From an uncultured Lachnospiraceae bacterium (lineage in GTDB: Bacteria; Bacillota; Clostridia; Lachnospirales; Lachnospiraceae): a stretch of DNA of 64,000 bases. The position numbers and the translations under genes were made by a program. The stretch covers positions 6,700 to 70,699 of the forward strand of contig CAJTJZ010000007.1 in assembly GCA_910576895.1 (NCBI GenBank). Direction: 5' to 3'. The notes beneath the pieces are model-generated. The model was not told the DNA's origin, made no database searches, and saw only the letters and a list, made by a program, of their open reading frames with translations. Shown here in pieces: positions 57,355 through 64,000 of this stretch (positions within the stretch are counted from its first letter, which is position 1; the number at the start of each line of letters is the position of its first letter).

Positions 57355-57514
57355 AACAAAAAAACATCTGTGGAATGTCCCACAGATGCTTTTATCTCAT
57401 CTGCTGCCTTTTTTTATGGCCCGGCTGGATAAATTTCTTTCCATATTAATGTTCATTTACCCATTGCCTGATCAGTTTGTACTGTAGATAGTATATGCAG
57501 TGCAAAGTATATTT
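57355..57514 (-). promoter_or_regulatory. Structured leader with terminator; candidate czcD (NiCo) metal riboswitch
   Basis: Promoter: TTGACT (57549-57544), 17-nt spacer, TATCAT (57526-57521). The leader contains ..ACAGUAC..CUGAUCAGGCA..CCAGCCGGGCC..AAGGCAGCAG.., then the hairpin CATCTGTGG-gacatt-CCACAGATG plus T7 (57388-57358). Confidence 0.45.
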
Positions 57515-57576
57515 TTGCTATGATACCATTTTTTTTAAAGAAAGTCAATAAAATTATGCTCTTAGAATCATAATTT

Positions 57577-59592
57577 CTAACAAATTTCTGCACCTGATGG
57601 CATTTCTTTTTCTGGTATCATAAGAGATAATTTGCCATCTGCATCTTCTGCACAAAGCAGCATACCTTCTGACAATAATCCTGCAAGTTTTGCAGGCTTT
57701 AGATTTACTAATACCATCACTTTTTTTCCTATCATTTCTTCTGGTGTATAGCTTGCTTTAATACCAGATAAGATTTGTTTTACCTCTTTTCCAATCTTTA
57801 CTTTAGAACAAAGCAATTTTCTTGATTTTTTTACTTCTTCACAAGCAATAATCTCTCCTACCTGAAATTGCATTTTTTCAAAATCCTCAAAAGTAATTTC
57901 TTCTTTTGTATCAATTACAATCTCTGACTTTGATGTTTTATTTTCTGCTTTATTTTCCTTTCCTTGTACTATTTCCTTTTGATTTTCTTCTTTTTTCTCC
58001 TTTTTTCCTGCTCGCTGTGCTTCTACAATTTTATCTACTTCTTTTAATACTTTTTCTGCATTTAATCTCGCAAATAAAATTTCTGGCTTCTCTATTACCT
58101 GATTACCAGAAGGATACTTACCAAATTCAGAAAGGCTATCAAATTCCCGTTCTGGTGCTTTTAATTGTGCTAAAATCTTTTCTGCTGTTTCTGGCATAAA
58201 TGGTTTTAATAAATTTGCTCCAATAGAAATTCCTTCTACTAAATGATAAAGCACAGTTTCTAACCGTTCTTTTTTTGTTTCCTCTTTTGCTAATGCCCAT
58301 GGCATTGTCTCATCAATATATTTATTACAACGTTTAAATAAAATAAAAATTTCTGTAATAGCATCTGCTACTCGCAGTTTTTCCATTTTTTCTACAACCT
58401 TATCTTTTGTTCCTGTAATTACAGAAATAAAATCTTGATCTATGGTCTCTTTTTTCTCTGTATTTCTTACAATACCGCCAAAATATTGATTAGACATAGA
58501 AATGGTACGATTCACAAGATTTCCAAGTGTATTTGCCAAATCGGAATTCATACGTTCTATCATTAACTCCCAAGAAATCACGCCATCATTTTCAAATGGC
58601 ATTTCATGAAGCACAAAATAACGAACCGCATCTACACTAAATAACCGCACTAAATCATCCGCATAAATAACATTTCCCTTCGATTTACTCATTTTTCCAT
58701 CCCCTTGTAAAAGCCATGGATGACCAAAAATCTGCTTTGGCAAAGGAATATCAAGTGCCATTAACATAATCGGCCAATAAATTGTATGAAAGCGAAGAAT
58801 ATCTTTTCCAATTAAATGCAAATTGGCAGGCCAATATTTCTCAAACATTGGATCATGATTACCATCAAGATCAAAACCAAGCCCAGTAATATAATTTGAT
58901 AAAGCATCAATCCATACATAAATAACATGAGACTTATCAAAATCTACAGGAATGCCCCATTGAAAAGAAGTACGAGATACACAAAGATCCTGTAATCCCG
59001 GCAAAAGAAAATTATTCATCATTTCATTTTTACGTGATTCTGGCTGAATAAAATCAGGATGCGTATTAATATGCTCAATCAATCGATCAGCATATTTACT
59101 CATTTTAAAAAAGTAGGCTTCTTCTTTTGCTGGATGCACTTCCCGTCCACAATCTGGGCATTTACCATCGATAAGCTGTGCCTTTGTAAAAAAAGATTCA
59201 CATGGCGTACAATACATTCCTTCATAATGACCTTTATAAATATCCCCTTGATCATATAATTTTTTAAATATTTTTTGTACTTGCTTTTCATGGTAATCAT
59301 CTGTTGTACGAATAAACTTATCATAAGATGTATTCATTAAATCCCAGATATCTTTAATTGTATTTGCTGTATTATCTACAAATTCCTTTGGTGTCATACC
59401 AAATTCTGCAGCTTTTTGCTCTACTTTCTGTCCATGTTCATCTGTACCTGTTTGAAAACGCACATCATAACCCTGCTGCCGCTTAAAACGCACAATGGCA
59501 TCCGCCAATACAATTTCATACGTATTACCTATATGTGGTTTTCCTGATGTATAGGTAATTGCTGTTGTTAAATAATAAGGCTTTTTTTCCAT
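57577..59592 (-). CDS. metG: Methionine--tRNA ligase with C-terminal tRNA-binding domain
   Basis: HIGN (SGKPHIGNTYE), KMSKS (DGKMSKSKGN) and Zn knuckles CTPCE..CPDCG. The ATG at 59592 follows GGAGGAG. Confidence 0.95.
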   Translation of the reverse strand: MEKKPYYLTTAITYTSGKPHIGNTYEIVLADAIVRFKRQQGYDVRFQTGTDEHGQKVEQKAAEFGMTPKEFVDNTANTIKDIWDLMNTSYDKFIRTTDDYHEKQVQKIFKKLYDQGDIYKGHYEGMYCTPCESFFTKAQLIDGKCPDCGREVHPAKEEAYFFKMSKYADRLIEHINTHPDFIQPESRKNEMMNNFLLPGLQDLCVSRTSFQWGIPVDFDKSHVIYVWIDALSNYITGLGFDLDGNHDPMFEKYWPANLHLIGKDILRFHTIYWPIMLMALDIPLPKQIFGHPWLLQGDGKMSKSKGNVIYADDLVRLFSVDAVRYFVLHEMPFENDGVISWELMIERMNSDLANTLGNLVNRTISMSNQYFGGIVRNTEKKETIDQDFISVITGTKDKVVEKMEKLRVADAITEIFILFKRCNKYIDETMPWALAKEETKKERLETVLYHLVEGISIGANLLKPFMPETAEKILAQLKAPEREFDSLSEFGKYPSGNQVIEKPEILFARLNAEKVLKEVDKIVEAQRAGKKEKKEENQKEIVQGKENKAENKTSKSEIVIDTKEEITFEDFEKMQFQVGEIIACEEVKKSRKLLCSKVKIGKEVKQILSGIKASYTPEEMIGKKVMVLVNLKPAKLAGLLSEGMLLCAEDADGKLSLMIPEKEMPSGAEIC

Positions 59593-59639
59593 AACTTCTC
59601 CTCCAAATCTAATGATAAAAAACAAAATATTCTATATCA

Positions 59640-59968
59640 ACTTAATCAAGTTAAATAAAAAAAGCTACCCTCCTTGTTATACTATATTTCAAGGACGATA
59701 GCTGTAAGCTTCGTGGTACCACCTTAATTTATCTGTATCTCACAATACAGACCTCTGCAAGTACGGAAAGATTCGATACTCTGGTGCTATAATGGGCACT
59801 CCCATCGCAGCCTATGCATTTCTTATCTAAATTCTATAGTTTTCGTAAAAATGCAGTCGGTACGCAGCTCCAAGACCATTTTCAATCACAGTCCCCATAT
59901 CTGTTCTCATCTTACCAGACTCTCTGTAATGCTTTCTGTCATTTACTCTTCTTTTCACAGCCTTTCAC
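59640..59968 (-). promoter_or_regulatory. T-box leader (Met specifier) controlling metG
   Basis: Minus strand: T-box AAUUAAGGUGGUACCACG (about 59729-59712). Terminator GCTATCGTCCTTG-loop-CAAGGAGGGTAGC plus T7 (59702-59657). AGAGAG/GGUAAG stem I elements. Specifier loop GAAAAUGG with AUG at 59879-59877. Promoter TTGACA-18-TATACT (60004-59975). Confidence 0.85.
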
Positions 59969-60139
59969 GTGCTTAGTATAGAACATCTCCTTATAGTTTG
60001 TCAATAGATTCTATCCACTTTGATCAAAATTTTTTCTAATTATCTATTAACTCATTCATTTATTTCTTTACTATTATAAATATAGTATTTATTCTTTTTA
60101 GATTATTTGCAAAAAATAGGAAGAATTTTATTGTATATA

Positions 60140-60168
60140 TTGCATAATATTGATTCTTCTGTTATAAT
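60140..60168 (+). promoter_or_regulatory. Consensus-like promoter giving a roughly 240-nt 5' UTR
   Basis: TTGCAT (60140-60145), 17-nt spacer, TATAAT (60163-60168). Confidence 0.55.
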
Positions 60169-60415
60169 ATTTTCATGCAAAACAACGAATATTAATTATA
60201 AGGCTTTCTTTAAAAATAGGGTAAATATTGTTATTTTTCAATATAAAATTAATTACTACTTTTTACAATCAATAGCTAAAAAAAAGATGGAATTACTTGT
60301 GATAGTTTTTATAAATCAAAAGTATTACAAGCAGTACCTGTCATATGTTATGAAAATGATGAGATACCCTGCTTTTAAACTTTAAGCCAAAAAAAGTGGA
60401 ATGGAGGATTTTAAT

Positions 60416-61135
60416 ATGACAGTAAAAGAATTTGATGATCTTTTAAAGGAACAAGGACTTACAAAGTCGGAAATTCAAGATCTGGACTTTAAAATTGCAA
60501 GAAATATTACGTATCAAGAAGCACAATCTTATCCGGGAACACTTCATGACAAAGCTGCCGCTTATTATGAACGTTATAAAAAATTATTAACTGAAACTGA
60601 CAGACAGCACTATCTGGACAATGCACAAAAAATGTTTGACCGCTATATGGAAACACAAAATAAAAACAGAGGAACAATTGCAAATAAATTGATTAAACAA
60701 ATGGGAGAATTTCGCTATGACTTTTCCTTTATGGATGAAGTTGCAGCAGCAGAATATCTCGCTATGATCTTCCATCGTTCCGAAAACAATACCATGTCCA
60801 ACAAATTTGTAAAACATTATGATACTCTTATTGAACAAATTTGGGAACATAATGATGTATTTTTATTCAAATATATCTTTATGAGAGAAGCCAACGATGC
60901 AGAAGATATGGTTGCCATTTACCATTATAACTCCAATCGTCCACAAGGCTGTGGTGACTTTATCTTACAATGCGAAGTTACAGAATTTTTCCCAAATGAT
61001 CTTTCCAAAGCACCAAATATTATTTTTGAACTTGGAAGCAAAGAAAGCATTAAGCCAATTGATCGTGAAGTTGGTCTGCAAATGCTCTCAGGAGATACAA
61101 AAATTGATGATATTGTAAAATCATTAAAAGGGTAA
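60416..61135 (+). CDS. Hypothetical protein (no family recognised)
   Basis: The ATG at 60416 lies 8 nt after GGAGG, whereas the listed ATG at 60401 overlaps the RBS. The composition is globular and non-repetitive, and I could recognise no motif. Confidence 0.6.
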   Translation: MTVKEFDDLLKEQGLTKSEIQDLDFKIARNITYQEAQSYPGTLHDKAAAYYERYKKLLTETDRQHYLDNAQKMFDRYMETQNKNRGTIANKLIKQMGEFRYDFSFMDEVAAAEYLAMIFHRSENNTMSNKFVKHYDTLIEQIWEHNDVFLFKYIFMREANDAEDMVAIYHYNSNRPQGCGDFILQCEVTEFFPNDLSKAPNIIFELGSKESIKPIDREVGLQMLSGDTKIDDIVKSLKG

Positions 61136-61220
61136 ACAAAAAACAGCAAACAAAACAAAATAAAGGTAGGAACTCTTTCCTGCCTTTTTATTTAAAATAG
61201 GCAAAGGGAGTTTTATTGTT

Positions 61221-61664
61221 ATGATTTACACAGAAATGACAAAAAAAGCCATGAAAATCGCTTATAATGCACATAATGGACAAATGGATAAAGGGGGGAT
61301 ACCCTATATTTTCCATCCATATCATCTAGCTGAACAGATGAAAACAGAGGAAACTGTAATCACAGCATTACTTCATGATATTATAGAAGATACACCTCTA
61401 ACAATTTCTTGGCTTCGAGAACAGGGATTTTCTGAATCGGTACTTGAGGCTCTCACATTATTACGACATGAAACGGATATGCCCTATATGGAATATATTC
61501 AACGGCTTCAAAATAACAAAATTGCCTGTCAAGTAAAACTGGAAGACTTAAAACATAACAGTGATATTTCCAGAATCGATCAAATGGATGATAGAGATAG
61601 AAAAAGACTGAAAAAATATAAAGAAGCAATTGCTTATCTGGAAACGAAATCTATCATTTCATAA
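61221..61664 (+). CDS. HD-domain small alarmone hydrolase (RelA/SpoT hydrolase-only, Mesh1/SAH-like)
   Basis: AHNGQMDKGGIPYIFHPYHLAE and LLHDIIEDT are the (p)ppGpp-hydrolase HD motifs. At 147 aa it has no synthetase domain. Confidence 0.8.
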   Translation: MIYTEMTKKAMKIAYNAHNGQMDKGGIPYIFHPYHLAEQMKTEETVITALLHDIIEDTPLTISWLREQGFSESVLEALTLLRHETDMPYMEYIQRLQNNKIACQVKLEDLKHNSDISRIDQMDDRDRKRLKKYKEAIAYLETKSIIS

Positions 61665-61842
61665 ATCTTTCCTTATTTTTCTGCCCTTCCATCTCTTTAA
61701 GATCCTCAATGACTATTTTAGGATCTATTATATGAAACATGAAACATAAAATACAACTTTAGATTTCATAAACTCTTAATTCAAGAACATCTTAGCGTTC
61801 TTAAATTTTTTTCATAGAATCTAAAAAAATAATTTCAAATAC

Positions 61843-61871
61843 TTGCCATCTATATATAAATATGTTATGAT
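61843..61871 (+). promoter_or_regulatory. Promoter upstream of the 61959 gene
   Basis: TTGCCA (61843-61848), 17-nt spacer, TATGAT (61866-61871). Confidence 0.5.
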
Positions 61872-61883
61872 ATTTCTTGTACT

Positions 61884-61971
61884 GGGGAAGACACCCATAA
61901 GAAAAAACGAACGTACAATTAAAAATCATAAAATACAAGAAAGGTGGGGAAGATACCCATGAAAAAAAACG
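61884..61971 (+). repeat. 26-nt direct repeat duplicating the RBS/start region
   Basis: GGGGAAGACACCCATAAGAAAAAACG (61884-61909) and GGGGAAGATACCCATGAAAAAAAACG (61946-61971) match at 23/26 positions. Only the second copy carries an ATG. Confidence 0.8.
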
Positions 61972-62579
61972 TAACCATTCTTGATCAATTTGGAAATACG
62001 CTTGGAACGACTTACCCAAAACGTGCCAAAGGACTTATAAAATCCGGCAGGGCATATCTTGTTGATGGGGAAACCGTTCAACTTATATGTCCGCCGATTC
62101 AAAATATGCAAAAACAGCAGGAGGACATCCATATGAGTATAGAAATAAAAGAACAAGATTTACAACCACAAGAGCAAATAAATGATTTCAGCAAAGATAA
62201 TTTATCTCTCACTGAAAAGACAAGAAAAGAAACTGCAAATACTACCGAAGGAAAAGAAGAAAAAGAACTTTCAGAAATAGACAAAAAAGAATCCAATGAA
62301 AAAATTTCAGAAAATGCAAAAAAACTATTAGACGCTGGAATTTCTTTAAAAGATATCCTTCACAATTTAGATATGATACGTACAGATTGCAGTTATATTC
62401 AACAAGCTCTTAATAATCTGGAAAAACTGCCTTATACCAATCCAGCAACAGGAGTTTCTGTCGATACTTCCATTGTTGCAAGAGCAGAAGCAGTTGCAGA
62501 TATTGTAAAATGCAGAGAAACTACAAATCAGATGATGATAAAACTTTATACACAAATGTATACAGATTATATGGCATAA
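61959..62579 (+). CDS. Hypothetical protein; the N-terminal 45 aa resemble an RRXRR/PLMP-type domain, followed by a Glu/Lys-rich linker
   Basis: MKKNVTILDQFGNTLGTTYPKRAKGLIKSGRAYLVDGETVQLI resembles the V.VLD..G.PL.P..P.RAR.LLK.GKA pattern. No HNH or RuvC motifs follow. The assignment is weak. Confidence 0.5.
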   Translation: MKKNVTILDQFGNTLGTTYPKRAKGLIKSGRAYLVDGETVQLICPPIQNMQKQQEDIHMSIEIKEQDLQPQEQINDFSKDNLSLTEKTRKETANTTEGKEEKELSEIDKKESNEKISENAKKLLDAGISLKDILHNLDMIRTDCSYIQQALNNLEKLPYTNPATGVSVDTSIVARAEAVADIVKCRETTNQMMIKLYTQMYTDYMA

Positions 62580-62628
62580 AAAAAGATTATTACCACTATT
62601 CGTATATTATAGATTTATCCATCAAATT

Positions 62629-62660
62629 AAGAGGCTGTTTATTGGACAGCCTCTTTTTTT
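62629..62660. terminator. Bidirectional rho-independent terminator
   Basis: AAGAGGCTGT-ttattgg-ACAGCCTCTT followed by TTTTT. Confidence 0.85.
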
Positions 62661-62706
62661 ACTTATTTTACTTAATATTTCCTAGATTCTTTTTTTTATG
62701 TTTTCT

Positions 62707-64000
62707 CTATTTTTTTGTATTTTTCTTTTCTATATTCTTTTTTGTTGTTTCCTTTGTTTTTTTCTTTTTCACTTTTTTCTCTTTTATTGTAAATTTTACT
62801 TTTGTTTGATTTCCTGCTTTATCTTTTACAAGTAAGGTGTATTTTCCAATTTTATCTACTTTTCTTCCTGACTTTACACTTTTTCCATTTAAAGTTGCTT
62901 TTTTAATACCAGATACTTTATCAGAAAATTTTACGGTAACTGCTTTTCGATAAACTTTTTTATGTTTTACTCCTTTTACGGTTGGTGCTGTTTTATCTGT
63001 TTTAAAAGTAAGTGTTTTTTCATTTCCATATAAATCAGATACAATCAATGTATGATTTCCATCGGTAAGTCCTGATGGTACAAGTTTTACATAATATAAA
63101 AATTCTTCATTATCTAAAAGATCACATTCTAATACGGATTTCCCATCTAAAGTAGCGGAAAGAATACCTCCTCCATCATCAAGCAAATAAATGATTTGTT
63201 CTTTTTTCTGATAACCATGAAATTCTACTTCATTTCCAGAATCATCTTGAAGTTCTGGGGCGGTGCGATCAATAGCAAAATATACGGTTTTTTGTTCTTT
63301 TTCATTTTTTAATAAAATACAGTAAGTACCATCTACAGAAAATGTTGTATTATTTGCTATTGTCTGTCCATCTATGGAAACAGCTTGATCTGCTCCTTCA
63401 AAGTGAAGTGTTACTGGCTCACGATTTACCGTTCCTTGTGTGACACCTGATACAGAAATAGAACTATCACAATAAGCATAAATCTTATCTACATCGGAAT
63501 TAAGCGGATATTTCCAAAACACTTTCTTTGGATTATCCGAATCAATTGTTCCATTTGTTTCTTTTACTGGATAATCAAAAGTAACCGACAATTCAAGATA
63601 AGAGCTGCCAAGATATTTTTTTATATCTTCTTCCGACAATTCTGAATCAAGATACTCCTTATTCTTTAGTTCCTGTTGTGTTAATGTACTGCCTTTTACA
63701 AGAAATGAGGTTTCTGTCAATTCATAACTGCTATTAAATCCTATCTGTGTATAAAATGCGGAAATAGAATCAAATTCTGTAGTTTCATCAGAAGATTCTA
63801 TAACAAGATAAGGAACATTATCTATTATTTCTTCTGTATAAATCCCCTGTTCTAATTCATCATTGATAATATCATCAACATCACTTTCCATTCCTAAATC
63901 CGTATGAGTAGAACGCAGATATTCTATATATTCGGCTTTATTCAGCCGAACAGTACTTTGCATTGTGCCGCTTCCATTCTCTTTTACTGCAATATCCATA
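62707..64000 (-). CDS. Ig-like-domain surface/secreted protein with Lys-rich C-terminal tail, 5' end probably outside the window
   Basis: Repeated DRTAPEL/DKTAPTV-led beta-rich modules. There is no signal peptide at the listed Met, which sits at the window edge. The tail reads KKVKKKKTKETTKKNIEKKNTKK. Confidence 0.6.
   Translation of the reverse strand, partial: MDIAVKENGSGTMQSTVRLNKAEYIEYLRSTHTDLGMESDVDDIINDELEQGIYTEEIIDNVPYLVIESSDETTEFDSISAFYTQIGFNSSYELTETSFLVKGSTLTQQELKNKEYLDSELSEEDIKKYLGSSYLELSVTFDYPVKETNGTIDSDNPKKVFWKYPLNSDVDKIYAYCDSSISVSGVTQGTVNREPVTLHFEGADQAVSIDGQTIANNTTFSVDGTYCILLKNEKEQKTVYFAIDRTAPELQDDSGNEVEFHGYQKKEQIIYLLDDGGGILSATLDGKSVLECDLLDNEEFLYYVKLVPSGLTDGNHTLIVSDLYGNEKTLTFKTDKTAPTVKGVKHKKVYRKAVTVKFSDKVSGIKKATLNGKSVKSGRKVDKIGKYTLLVKDKAGNQTKVKFTIKEKKVKKKKTKETTKKNIEKKNTKK

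Noticed and set aside
60107-60385. Listed 92-aa ORF in the AT-rich region upstream of 60416.
   Set aside because: It starts with a non-ATG codon inside or before the predicted promoter, has an Ile/Asn/Lys/Tyr-rich composition typical of translated AT-rich spacer, and has no RBS. It is better treated as a 5' UTR.
60416-61135. The unknown 239-aa protein next to the SAH as a toxic small alarmone synthetase (toxSAS) partner.
   Set aside because: I could find none of the RelA/SpoT synthetase motifs (no EIQIRT-like, no D.xG.R, no GY.S.H) and no nucleotidyltransferase G[GS]..D.D pattern.
62510-62809. Listed 99-aa plus-strand ORF rich in Phe.
   Set aside because: It is the antisense shadow of the Lys-rich (AAA/AAG) tail of the 62707-64000 gene and of the terminator region.

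Overview
Low-GC (about 30%) Firmicutes/Clostridia-type chromosomal segment; the taxonomy is my inference from gene content and composition. I call about 50 protein genes. Left to right they include: a 5'-truncated GH115-like glycosidase abutting a decayed cotJA-cotJB-cotJC' operon; rsmA; an AraC/GyrI regulator, a class-II UvrA paralogue and a serine hydrolase; hemerythrin and NUDIX genes; an OmpR-type two-component pair; an ECF sigma/anti-sigma pair; dtd; a GntR-ABC operon; PadR-DUF2812; a ThiF/MoeB-like E1; a fructose PTS operon with ptsH/ptsI embedded; a 1331-aa secreted nucleotidase with Ig-like repeats; glgB; hemC; a GC-rich patch carrying an XRE/GyrI gene; an APH-like kinase; an esterase; an agr-like locus (AgrC-like kinase, two LytTR regulators, frameshifted agrB, no agrD); a sigma factor with a long C-terminal fusion; an MCP; cls; a DUF4358-MBOAT-DHHW trio; deoD; a CDF transporter; metG; and a small alarmone hydrolase flanked by two unknown genes. 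I saw no rRNA, tRNA, CRISPR array, transposase or integrase. Non-coding features supported by the sequence are: a Met T-box leader; a candidate czcD/NiCo riboswitch; an unannotated Fst/PepA1-like type I toxin-antitoxin module; a GC-rich two-hairpin repeat in two copies plus one mini copy; three tandem 21-bp palindromes flanking ptsH; and several operator-like palindromes. I found no recognisable large novel multi-gene system. The best candidates for follow-up are the type I TA module, the structured repeat family, the UvrA2-hydrolase cassette, the decaying agr-like locus and the SAH-containing trio. All family assignments rest on motif recognition by eye, with no database searches.
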